Assembly (NCBI GenBank): GCA_964016885.1
Contig: OZ024740.1
Span: 249,736,001-249,800,000 of the forward strand
Reading direction: 5' to 3'
DNA from: Eledone cirrhosa
Lineage: Eukaryota
Length of the DNA stretch: 64,000 nt
Positions 40,997 through 53,601 of the stretch are shown one piece after another. Below the pieces are notes generated by a model. The model saw only the letters and a list, made by a program, of their open reading frames with translations. It did no database searches and was not told the origin of the DNA. The translations under genes were made by a program, and so were the position numbers. Position 1 is the first letter of the stretch. The number at the start of each line of letters is the position of its first letter.

Positions 40997-41550
40997 GGAC
41001 AAAATGAAAACACACACACACATATATAAACAACTTACAATTGAAAACACACACAAAATGAAAACACACACAAGACAAAATGAAAACACACACACACATA
41101 GAACAAACAACCAACCAACAATAAATAAATAAATAAACAAACAAATATAAATAGAAAAATAGAAAAATGAACACAAACACACACAGACACCCGGATGTGG
41201 CGCATGCGCAAACTGAGCACGCAACCCACACACAAACAAAATGGCGTAGGATAGAAGAAAGGAAAAGCACAGAAACGAAGAAAGAAATCCCCAGTCACTG
41301 AAGAGGTCACAGAGTGTGTGACGAAAGAACTATGACTATATATATATAAACAACTATCTGGTTGTGGAACCAACCAACCAACCAGAAATTTATAAATTTG
41401 TAAATTTATAAATATATATTAAATTAAATTGAAGTGAAAGCAACTGGTGCGTGTGTTTCTTATTGGCAACATGACCCTCCCAAAGTATAACAATATCGGT
41501 TTCAACACACGATTTCAGATAAAGAATCTTGCTAAACAAATTCAGAAACG

Positions 41551-41586
<36 letters not shown>

Positions 41587-41659
41587 GTTTATGTGTTTGT
41601 TCTGCGAGATTCTTGATGTGAAATCGTGTGTTGAAACCGATATATTATCAATAGAAACA

Positions 41660-42140
41660 GATGCACCATATAATTTTCATTTTATCTTTATTGTTCGTTA
41701 TTTATTTATTTATCAAAGTTCTTTCGTCTTACATTCTGTGACCTCATCAATGGTTATCCGTTTTATGCCTCCTTTTTTTCCCTTGTAAGAATAAAGACAC
41801 ATACACAAAAAAGACATAAATAGAAAAACAGCAAACAATACAAACCCACACAGACATAAAACACACGTAGACATGACAAACACAAAAACACATACACACA
41901 GAATAGACACAAAACACAAAAAACGCACCACAAAACAAAGACAAGATAGAGCAGAAGTTTAAGACCAGGAAAAAGATGAGGCACAAAACAGATAATCATT
42001 GAGGAGGTCACAGAATGTGTGATGAAAGAACTTTGGTAAATAAATGAATAACGAATAATGAAGAGAAAGTGAAAATTACAGTGCGTGTGCTCCTTTCTAT
42101 TGACAATATTGGCAACATGACCATCCCAAAAAATAACAAT
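41660..42140. repeat. Older head-to-head pair of Neptune-type pLTR fragments with decayed HHRs
   Basis: 41712-41754 (-) TTGATGA..GAAA gaac TT; 41995-42037 (+) TTGAGGA..GAAA gaac TT. Confidence 0.7.
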
Positions 42141-42192
42141 GTATGCATTTATATATGTGTGTGTGTATATATATATGTGTGTGTGTGAGAGA

Positions 42193-42224
<32 letters not shown>

Positions 42225-42482
42225 GGGTAAGAAATTGCGTATTGATCCTCCTACACACTACCCTAACTAGCTGGCTGGTCACTGAAATAATGTTTCCTTC
42301 CTAAAGAAAATGAAGATCAGCTGCCGTTATTAAAGCAGTAACAAAGAAGCACATTCTAATTAATTAGGCTTTACATGGACAAGGGAATGTAACCACCCCA
42401 TCCTTGTGACACGTTGTGATGTGTAAGTAAGAGAGAACAATGTGTCTCACCTTTCTTTCCATTGACTGTCGTAAATTAGTGG

Positions 42483-42557
<75 letters not shown>

Positions 42558-42649
42558 AAATTCAAAATTATAAGAAAGTCAAAGATATGCAATCATCATT
42601 TATTCTTTCATTTCTATGCATTTTTCTATACGGCTAAAATACCACATCC

Positions 42650-43700
42650 ATTTGCAGAACAACTGGAAATTATCAGTTAACAATTATCCATACAATGGGT
42701 GCTTTATCCCAACCATATATCTTCAAGAAATCTTATTCAGATACAAAACTAAAACATAATAAACACTCACTCACCCATTGAATATGAAAATAAAAAAAAT
42801 AAAAACACAAGAAAATTATATAAGTACAAACAATAAAAACTACGAAAATAACAAGAGTGGCTGAAGAGAGAATAAACTCTAAAACAAACAACCACAGTAA
42901 TAATCTAATAAACACAAAAATCAAAAGTAGACCTAAATACAACGATAAATCTAAACCCGTAGTAATAAAATTCCTAACGAATTTAAAGATAACCAGAATG
43001 AACCTAAAACAAATTATACACCACTATGAACTTGTAAATCAAATCGCAGAAATTCCACTACGTGGTTCAACTCTCCTTTCAGTAAGAACTTAGCCTCCAA
43101 TATACCAAAATTATTATTTAATATCCTAGCGAAAAACTTCCCTCCAGCCTACCACTATCACTCAATATTTAATAAGAATACTATAAAAATATTGTACTCT
43201 ACTTCATCTAACGTAGCTAACTATTTACTATCCAGTAATAATAGGAAAATAGAAAAATATAATAATCCTTCAATTATTACTACCCAAAACTTTCAAATTC
43301 CATTATTTATACAGAATTCAGACTTAACGATACAATATCTAACAATAATAAAAAAAAATAAAACTGTAGAAACCCAGATGCCTGTCCTCTTATGTACACC
43401 AATAGTTCAACATTGTTAGCTAAATATATATGGAACTTTAAAGAGGCCAACATTGAATACTTGATTAATTGGAAGATACTGAAAGTAGCCCATTCATACC
43501 AGGCCAGAAGAAAAAGATGAAACTTGTCTTAAGGAATGTTATATTTTAAAATAAAGTACCAGTAATGTACTGGGTAATTGCTGGCCTTGTGCCTAAAGTA
43601 GAAACAGTTATATTTTAAAATCAAAACAAGTAATCCTTAACAGAAAATCTAAAATTCTCTCCACATGCCCACACAAATGTTCTCAATCCTTCTATTATAG
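42650..43700 (+). pseudogene. Heavily decayed Naiad-type PLE fragment
   Basis: KNFPPAYHYHSIFNKNTIKILYST; YIW..K..NIEY.INWKILKVAHSY. Confidence 0.7.
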
Positions 43701-44080
43701 TAAATATTAGAAAACTAATTTATATAAATCTTAACCATTTTACAATTTAACACATATACATAACAAAACTTAATATTACTCCATTAATTCTAAATAGTAT
43801 CAAGAATTAAAATTAACAAAAAAATGGAACGTAATATTTATTTATGAATTAAAGTATCTATGTACGTCTGTATATATGTCTGTACCTTTCATGCAGCTTT
43901 TTTATACCTTTATCCATTCTTTGTTTCTTTATATAGGGTTCCACCCCTTTTTCTATATTTTTAGTATTTTTATAATTTTTTCATATCTTTTTTATAGATA
44001 TTCACCTATAAACATCATGTATATGGTGAAATTTAGATAAATGTATGTATGCATGTATGGATGCTTATATATATATATAT

Positions 44081-44951
44081 GAGTCGCCAGTGTCCGCGCA
44101 TCGCCTGGAGACTCGGCTGAGAATGACCTCCCTGATGACGCAATGAAATTCTCAACGGTTCATTACGTAACTGTCTTTATCCCATTGCAGAAACTAATTA
44201 GTTGGAGTGAAAATTTAAGTAAGTAAGTTAATTTTTTAAAAAAATTTTTTCAAAAAATTTTCTTATTTTACGTCTTTTATATTATTGTTCTGCATTCTCC
44301 TGCATCGAACCACCTAGGTACTATGACATAACCTGTGTATTTGCTGGCATTGGCGTACATCTGTGCGCTTATGTTAGTAGATATATTAAATTATCTATAT
44401 TTATCTCCAAATCACTGATTTGTCGAGCAAACCTGCCAAAACCACTTCTAAAAATTTTTTTTGGGGGTGTTAGTAGGCGCTTGTCATCTTACCACCCCAT
44501 TCCTACTGACTAGCCTCTGTGTCACGTGATTGATTCTTTAGAATCGGCCATATGATCAGTGGCAGTGAGAATTTTCAGTAGCTGGAATCCAGTCCTCGAT
44601 AGCTGTTCCATTTACCGAATTATTATTATTTTTATATGAGTCGCCAGTGTCCGCGCATCGCCTGGAGACTCGGCTGAGAATGACCTCCCTGATGACGCAA
44701 TGAAATTCTCAACGGTTCATTACGTAACTGTCTTTATCCCATTGCAGAAACTAATTAGTTGGAGTGAAAATTTAAGTAAGTAAGTTAATTTTTTTTTAAA
44801 ATTTTTAAAAAAAAATTTTCTTATTTTACGTCTTTTATATTATTGTTCTGCATTCTCCTGCATCGAACCACCTAGGTACTATGACATAACCTGTGTATTT
44901 GCTGGCATTGGCGTACATCTGTGCGCTTATGTTAGTAGATATATTAAATTA

Positions 44952-44956
<5 letters not shown>
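44081..44956 (+). mobile_element. ORF-less retrozyme-like tandem (family B relative, 557-nt period), two HHRs
   Basis: HHRs 44128-44207 and 44685-44764: ctcc CTGATGA c-gcaatg..cattgc-a GAAA ctaattag TT ggag; (TA)n on both sides. Confidence 0.9.
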
Positions 44957-45010
<54 letters not shown>

Positions 45011-45011
<1 letters not shown>

Positions 45012-45349
45012 CAATATTAAATAAATGGAAACTATATTTATAAAACCATATTTATTTCATTATATATATTTCAGGGATATCATATTAACAATATGCTATG
45101 CCTTCCTCAGACAAAATACAATATAAACAGTTTTATAGATAAATAGATTCGACATACCGTAACAACATCGACTTGTATTTGAAAAGGTTCGATGTTGTTA
45201 CGGTATGTCGAATCTATTTATCTATAAAACTGTTTATATTGTATTTTGTCTGAGGAAGGCATAGCATATTGTTAATATGATATCCCTGAAATATATATAA
45301 TGAAATAAATATGGTTTTATAAATATAGTTTCCATTTATTTAATATTGT
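45011..45349. repeat. Fold-back palindrome (~160-bp arms) carrying two HHRs
   Basis: 45242-45307 (+): tattttgt CTGAGGA agg..cct GAAA tatata TA atgaaata; mirror at 45053-45118 (-). Confidence 0.85.
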
Positions 45350-45434
45350 AAATATACTCCAAATACTTGTCGAGTGCTTTTATATCAGTTATAAATATTT
45401 ACTAGTTGTAACCCAACAACTTAAATATAACTTT

Positions 45435-45485
<51 letters not shown>

Positions 45486-45674
45486 TATATCGGGTCGTCA
45501 GCGACTAAACTGGCAACCCCACCATGTTCACTTGGTGAAGAGGGGGATTTTGGACACCCTGCAGGACAAAAAACAAAACCTGACAAAGGGTGGAAGAACT
45601 CATAAGAATCAACAACCATCCAAAAGTGTGTAAATATGTATATACATATATACATATGTATATATATATATATC

Positions 45675-48600
45675 CGGACTGCCTGGCGCTATAAAAGACA
45701 GATTCTATGAGACACTGATGCTCACTACCTCCCAAATAACCGACAGTGACTATATAGTTATTGCTGGCGACCTAAATGGCCACGTTGGTCAACATTGTGA
45801 CGGCTATGACGGAATCCACGGAGGCTATGGGTTTGGTACTAGAAATGAGGAAGGCTCCAGAATCCTGGAATTCTGTGATGCAAATAACCTAACTATCTGT
45901 AACACTAACTTCAAAAAACGAGACAATCACTTGATCACCTACAGATCGGGGGAACATACCAGCCAGGTAGATTATATCCTTACCAGAGGACGTGACAGAG
46001 TGTCTGTTGTAAACACTAAATCCATGAAGAATGCACCCCATGAAGAATGCACCTCCCAACATAGCCTTATAGTTAGTGACCTCATAGTCAGGACGAGGCG
46101 TACTAGACAACAGAAGAGGACTATCCTGAGGAGAAAACTATGGAAGTTAAAGGACCCCACAGCCAGAAATAAATTTCAAAGCATGTTACTTGATGCTTTC
46201 AACAGTAAGGAAGAGCAATTAGAGTCAGATGATATAGAGGAACAGTGGGAATTCCTGAAAGCAAACCTGCTGACGGCGGCAGACAAAGTCTGTGGCTGGA
46301 GCAGGCCTGTAGGTAGGAGGAGAGTAACATGGTGGTGGAACAGTAAGGTGGAGGAGTCAATTAAGGCCAAAAAGCAGGCTTGGAAAGTATGGCGGGATGG
46401 AGGAAGTAGAGTAGACTATCAAGTGGCCAGGAGGGAAGCTAGGAGACAAGTGTACTTCGCAAGAAGAGAAGCAGAGGAAAGAAAGTTCAAGCATGTTCTA
46501 CAACGTGAGGACCAAAAACGTGAGGTGTTCAGGATTGCTAGGCAATGTGTCAAGGAAAACCGTGATATTGTCGGGGAGAAGTGTGTCTTGAATGATGATG
46601 GTGTACTTGCCATCACTGACGCTGATAAGAAGGTAGCTTGGAAGTGTCACTACGAAAGGCTTCTAAATGAGGAGAATAAATGGGAGAAAGACAGTCTCCC
46701 CCACATTGACCCAATAGAGGGACCGGCAGTGTTAGTCGAAGGTAGTATAATAAGTAAGGCAATCAAAGATATGAAGATGGGTAAGGCGGCTGGGCCTTCG
46801 GAAATAGTTGCTGAGATGCTGAAGGCCTCTGGAACGGTGGGACACACCATGGTCACCCGGATAGTAAACCAAGTCATACAGAATGGGGTTGTTCCGAAGG
46901 ACTGGCGTAACAGCATCATCATTAACTGTTACAAGGGTAAAGGAGACGCCCTAGATAGGAGTAACTATAGAGGCATTAAATTAATCGACCAGGTCATGAA
47001 GGTCACGGAAAAAGTTATAGCGCAACTAATCAGAGAGAGAATTGATCTAGATGAAATGCAGTTCGGTTTTGTGTCAGGCAAAAGTACCACAGACGCTCTT
47101 TTCATTGTACGAAAACTACAGGAGAAGTACCTAGCTAAAAGTAAACCCCTATACTTAGCTTTTGTCGACTTGGAGAAAGCCTTCGACAGAGTCCCCCGTT
47201 CCATTATCTGGTCGGCTCTTAGAAAACTAGGTGTTGACGAATGGCTTGTGAGAGCTATACAAGCCATGTATAAAGAAACAGTCAGCAAGGTTAGAATTAA
47301 CAACGAATATAGTGAAGAGTTTAGTGTAAAAGTTGGTGTACATCAGGGCTCTGTTCTTAGCCCCCTACTATTTATTATTGCCCTTCAGGCTATAACAGTG
47401 TAGTTCAAGACCGGCTGCCCATGGGAACTCCTATACGCAGATGATCTAACGCTCATAGCTGAATCAATGGCCGAGCTAGAGAAGAAATTCCAAACATGGA
47501 AGCATGGCCTAGAATCAAAAGGGCTTAAAATTAACCTGGCTAAGACTAAAGTTCTAGTTTGTAGGAAAGAAAATAAGGCGATGGTCCCTTCCGGGAAATG
47601 GCCATGCTCAGTGTGTAGGAAAGGCGTAGGTAGAAACTCCATTTTATGTCCCAAATGCAAAGTATGGGTGCATAAAAGATGTAGTGGGATCACAGGTAAG
47701 CTAACTAAGAACATAGATTTTACATGTGGCCGGTGCTCTGGTGCAATATGTAGCAGCAAGTGCCCACAAAATACTAGCTCTTTCAATTGCGCAGAGGGTT
47801 CTATAGAAATAGTGGACAGCTTCCGTTACCTGGGTGACAAAATCAGCAGTGGGGAGGGTGCTCTGAAAGTACAGTAGCTAGAGTCAGAACTGGATGGAAA
47901 AAGTTCAGAGAGCTTATACCACTATTAGTCACTAAAGGGTTCTCCCTAAAAATGAAAGGCAGGTTGTATGATGCCTGCATACGAACAGCAATGTTGCAAG
48001 GCAGTGAGACCTGGGCATTGTGTGCAGAGGATATACGCAGACTAGAGAGGAACGAAGCTTGCATGCTCCGCCGGATGTGTAATAGTAACATACGCGAACG
48101 GCAAAGCATAAGCGAACTAAGGAAAAAATTAGAAATAAGAGGGATCAGATGTTGTTTACTCGAGAGAAGGCTACGTTGGTATGGTCACGTGATGCGCATG
48201 AAAGACGACAGCTGTATAACAAAGTGCAGGGCAATAAAGATAGACGGTAGCTACGGAGTAGGCAGACCCAGAAAAACCTGGGACGAGCTGATAAATTCCG
48301 ACCTCACACACTTATACCTCTCCAAGACAATGTCACTGGACCGAGACCTTTGGCGGTACTCAGTAATAGAGAAGACCCGCCTTACCTAAATACAAAGTAA
48401 ACCTACTACAGTCAGTAGGCATCTCTAACAAAATACGCCCCCGTCACACCACCACCCCATCCACACCGCCCCTTTCAATGTAAAGTTATGTTGGTACCAC
48501 AACATCCAGGCCGAAACAAATGAGGTCGTGTAGGTGTCACGACAAAAAAAACAGACAGTCCACGCTGTAATGTGGCCGTGTAGACAACACGGTAAAAACC

Positions 48601-48778
48601 TCCCAGCCCCACACTGTAAATGTGGTTGGTGTTAGGAAGGGCATCCAGCTGTAGAAAACCCGCCAGACAGTCCTATGCAAGCAAGTCAACCACTCTTGCC
48701 TCAAGTGGGAAAACTCCCGTCCAAACCCATGCAAGCGTGGAACATGGACGTTAAACGGTGATGATGATGATGATGATA
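45675..48778 (+). mobile_element. RTE LINE (APE-RT-PHD), 5'-truncated, one stop and one frameshift
   Basis: ORFs 45718-47403, 47467-47877, 47952-48389; GDLNGHVG, AFVDLEKAFD, GVHQGSVLSP, YADD, LRWYGHV; (GAT)n tail. Confidence 0.95.
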
Positions 48779-48976
48779 TATATATATATTTTTTTTAATG
48801 CTTACCTGTCTTTTCTCTTTTATCCTTTACACTCCTAGATTGAACGTGATTCTTACAAACTTGTGGAGTTACCCCTAACCGTACATTGAAACCGTCCATG
48901 AAACTGGCTGTCTTAACCACGAACTGGATTACAATAAGCAATTTTCTGCTTCCCTAACTATATATATATATATATA

Positions 48977-49325
48977 TCATCATCATCATCATTTTCGTTT
49001 AACGTCCATCTTCCACGCTAGCATGGGTTAGACAGGAGTTGTCCCACTTGAGGCAAGGTTGGTCGGGTGGCTGTCTCGCTCATATAGGACTATCTGGCAG
49101 GTTTTCTACGGCTGGATGCCCTCCCTAACACCAACCACATTTACAGTGTGGAACTGGGAACTTTTTATGTGTTACCTACACGGCCACATTACAGCGTGGA
49201 CTGTGTGTTTTTTTTGTCATGACACCCACACGATCTCGATCTCATTATCTCATTTATTTGGACTGGATGTTGTGGTACCAACTTTACAGAGAAAGGGTGG
49301 TGTTGGTGGGAGTGGGAGGATAGGG
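48977..49325 (-). mobile_element. RTE 3' UTR fragment, inverted relative to 48450-48778
   Basis: Diverged reverse complement of the neighbouring RTE 3' end, with (GAT)n tail. Confidence 0.8.
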
Positions 49326-49971
49326 TAGGGTATAATTTAAAAAGTGAGAATGGGGCTCTGTGGTTACCAATAAATATTATTTAGAAAACACAGGGTCAAT
49401 TTCCGCTCACTGGCTGTCTTTTTGGATCACTAATGTTTCGAACGCATTAAAGAGAGTACATTTCACCACAGTGCGTTAATAGTTAAAATGGATAGCTATT
49501 CGGGAAGAAACACAACGGACAATAACAAAGAGACCACTAATAAAAAAACACAAGGAACAAAGAAAGATATACCGATAGAGAAAGGGAAAAAGACAAAGGC
49601 ACATGAATGTGTGGTAGTAACCGAGGGGAAAAAAGGGAAAGAGTTAATACTAAGTTGCCGAACGTAAGTTCTGAAAGCATATTAACAACAAGCGGGACTG
49701 AGAGAAACAAACAGAAAGCAACGAAGGAAAAATGGAAGTGAGCAGAGGAGTGGAAAAGTAGTAAAAGAACAGAGAGAGAGAGGGGAGAACGGAGATAGAA
49801 AGAAGCAGAGGTCACAGCAGTAAATTAATATGAATTAAAAAAAGGAGAATGGGGAAGTGTGGATATTATTTAGAAAACCTGAGAGAAAACACAAGCACAA
49901 GGACAATTCCCAATCATCGGCTGTTATATATATATATGACAGCCGAAGAGTGGGAATTATATATATATATA

Positions 49972-52690
49972 TCGATATGTAACACAAACTTCAAAAAACC
50001 CGACAACCATCTGATTACCTATAGACCAGGGGAGCATTCTAGTCAGATAGATTTTATCCTCATCAGAGGATGTGACAGATGGACCATCGTGAACACAAAA
50101 GCCTTCCCTATTGAGGAGTGTATCTCCCAACATAACTTAGTTGTCAGCGACATCATTGTCAGAACTAGACGAACTTGGAAACAGAAGGCAACCTGGAGAA
50201 GAAAGATCTGGAAGCTGAAAGACCCCTCAGCCAGTAACAGATTTAAAGATATTTTACTCAATGCCTATGACAGTAAAGAAGAACAGATACAGACATTCAA
50301 TGTAGAAGAGCACTGGGAGTTCCTAAAAAAATAAGCGACGGACGAGATCTGTGGTTGGAGCAAGACCACAGGCAGGAAGAGAGTGACTTGGTGGTGAACA
50401 ATAAGGTAGATGAGGCAGTTAAGGCCAAGAGACAGGCATGGAAAGAATGGAAGAATGGGGGAAGCAGGGTATATTACATAGAGACCAGGAGGGAAGCTAG
50501 GCGACAAGATACTTAACTAGAAGGGAAGCGGAGGATAGAAAATTCAAGCATGTTTTGCAAAGTGAGGACCAGAAACTGGGGTGTTCAAGATTGCAAGGCA
50601 GTGTGTCAGAGAGAATTGTGATGTCATTGGAGATAAGTGTATCCGGAATGATAAAGGGGAGCTTGCTCTCACAAGTGCTGAGAAGAAAGATGCATGGAAG
50701 AGCCATTATGAAAGATTACTAAATGAGGAGAATGCATGGGAAAAAGAGACCCTACCCCAACTGGACCCTATAGAGGGGCCAGCAATACAAGTCAGCAGCA
50801 GCGTAGTAAGTCAATCAAAGATATGAAGACGGGGAAGGCAACTGGTCCAGCGGGTACAGCTGCCGAGATGCTGAAGGCATCTGGGTCGGTAGGTCACACT
50901 ATAACCACACGTATCTTTAACCAGGTAATACTAGAAGGTGTCATACCAAAGGATTGGTGCAGCAGCACCATTGTCAACTGCTACAAGGGTAACGGTGATG
51001 CACTAGATAGAGGAAACTATAGAGGTATAAAGCTGATGAAAGTAACAGAAAGAGTTATAGCACAGTTGATTAGGGACCAGGTGAAATTAGATGAGATGCA
51101 ATTTCGGTTTGTACTTCCTTGTGAGGAAGTTACAGGAAAAGTACCTATCTAAAAATAAGCCGATCTACCTGGCATTTATCGATCTGGAGAAAGCCTTTGA
51201 CAGAGTCCCCCATGCTATAATCTGGTGGGCTCTTAGAAAACTAGGAGTAGATCAATGGCTTGTGACAGCTGTACAAGCCATGTATAGGGGAGCAGTCAGC
51301 AAAGTTAGGATTAGCAATGACTATAGCGAGGAATTTAGCATACAGGTCGGTGTCCACCAGGGCTCTGTTCTTAGCCCTCTCCTGTTCATCATAGTTCTGC
51401 AGGCAATAACGGAGGAGTTTAAGACCGGATGCCCATGGGAACTCCTGTATGCAGATGACCTCGCACTTATAGCTGAAACTATGGTAGAACTAGAGAACAA
51501 ATTCCAAACATGGAAGCAGGGACTAGAAAGAAAGGGTCTCAAAGTCAACCTGACAGAGACTAAGGTCCTTGTAAGTAGACGAGAAAACAGAACCCAGATC
51601 TATTCAGGGAAATGGCCTTGCTCAGTATGTAGGAAAGGTGTAGGTAGAAACTCCATCCTCTGCCCCAAATGCAAACAATGGGTACAAAAGATATGTAGTG
51701 GGATCTCAGGAAGCTTAACTAAGAATGTAGGCTTCACATGTAGCAGCTGCGCTGGGACAGCAAGCAGCAAACAGCCACAGGAAACAAGCACCACCAAACT
51801 CTGGGAGGGCTCTGTAGAAACAGTAGATAGCTTCTGCTACCTAGGTGACCAAATTAGCCACGGAGGTGGGTGTTCGGAAAGTACAATAACTAGGGTAAGA
51901 ATGGGATGGAAGAGGTTCAGGGAGCTATTGCCACTACTAGCTGCAAAAGGCTTTCCCTTCAAAATGAAAGGCAGACTGTATGATGCGTGTATACGAACAG
52001 CAATGTTACATGGTAGTGAGACCTGGGCACTGTCTGTAGAAGACTTGCGTAGATTAGAAAGAAACAAAGCTTGCATGCTCCGATGGATGTGTAATAGTAA
52101 TATACGCAAATGGCAAAGCATAAACGAATTGAGAGAGAGACTGAGCATAAGAGGAATCAAATGATGTATGCAGGAGAGGAGGTTGCGTTGGTATGGACAT
52201 GTGATGTGTATGAAGGAGGACAGCTGCTTAAAAAAGGTGCAGAGCACTAGAAGTTGATGGAAGCCGCGGAGATGAGGTGATAAAAGCCGGCCTTACCCAA
52301 TTGCACCTCTCAAAGGTGATGACACAGAACTGTGACCTCTGGCGTCACGCAGTAATACAGAAGGCCCGACCCCCCACGGGTACAAGCCGAAGCTGAAGCA
52401 TATAGACAACATGCCCCCACCCCCTCCCACTGCAAAGTGGTCGTGGAGGTGCCATGGCAAAAAAGCACCCAGCCCACACTGTAAAGTGGACGTGTAGGCA
52501 CCACGGAAAAAAAGCACCCCGCACTCACTGTAAATGAGGTTGGTGTTAGGAAGGGCATCCAGCTGTAGAAATCAAGCCAGAATCAGTTCCCGTATGAGCA
52601 AGACATGGTCAGCCAACTGGACACTGCCCATAACAGGACAACCCGACTAACCCATGCTAGCGTGGAAGAATGGACGTAAAAAGGTGACGA
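49972..52690 (+). mobile_element. RTE LINE (APE-RT-PHD), decayed
   Basis: ORFs 49849-50334, 50581-50826, 50736-51152, 51091-52164; same family as 45675-48778. Confidence 0.92.
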
Positions 52691-52892
52691 TATATATATA
52701 TATATAACGGAATACTCCTATGTTTTACCTGGTGAACATTCAAAACTGAATCTGAATTGTTGGGAGTTCCCACTATTGTCCTGTCAAGAGACAACTACGA
52801 TAAACGTATATACCACTTAACCAGTGACCCCAGGCTCTTAACAGATGAAACACACATCGCTACCCATATATACACATCCTTCAGCTATAGGG

Positions 52893-53601
52893 TTAAAGCG
52901 TGGAAATATCTGAGGCCCCCAGTAGACAACTGATGAGGAAAACTGCCCCCTCCCGTTCTTGCTTTCTTCTTATTCTCACTCCATTTTAAGCTACCTTAAC
53001 TAGCAACTACACAGTCAATCCTATTCTCCATATATTTTATCATGTTTCTCTGTGACCCGTCTTCTCTCTCCTTCTACCTACCTATTTCGTTCCTATCTAC
53101 TCTTACCCCACTTTCTTCCTCTCCCTTTCTCCCTCTCACTTTCACTCATCCTATCTCTGTCTGCCACCTCATTGTTTCCCTCGCCTGACCCTCTAGCACT
53201 CCTTTTCTCACTTACAACTGTTGGGATCAGACGTGTGTCTTTTTTTCTCTCGAACACACAGTCTTGAACTTAAGTTCTGTTATCGCTGTGGTCTTGGATT
53301 TTCTTACCTTAAGTTGCTCGCACATTGCTCGGTTTGTTGTTTTTTTTCGCTGTTTTTTTTCACTGTTTTCTCTTTTCCTTTCTATTTTCCTTCCCTCCCT
53401 CCTCCGTTTTCCCAATAACTTACCCAGTTATTGACGCTCTGGGCAGTAGATATCTTGTCTTTAAAGCATGGAAATATCCAAGACCCCCAGTAGACAACTG
53501 AGGGACCCCCCCCCCTCTTCTTGCTTTCTTCTTATTCTTACTTTATTTTAAGCTACCTTAACTAGCAACTACACAGCCAATCCTATTCTCCATATATTTT
53601 A
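52893..53601. repeat. ~145-bp direct repeats (52893-53040, 53461-53601)
   Basis: Shared ttaaagc.tggaaatatc..cccccagtagacaactga..aagctaccttaactagcaactacacag. Confidence 0.8.

Larger units (their letters stand above)
37824..41496. mobile_element. 3.67-kb head-to-head palindrome of a 5'-truncated Neptune-type PLE
   Basis: Arms 37824-39641 and 39678-41496 are near-identical reverse complements; HHRs at 37983-38027 (-) and 41293-41337 (+): agtca CTGAAGA g-gtcaca..tgtgac GAAA gaac TA tgact. Confidence 0.95.

Noticed and set aside
48450-49325. Inverted RTE 3' ends as part of the PLE head-to-head rule
   Set aside because: Tail-to-tail, diverged copies of a different element class; independent insertions.
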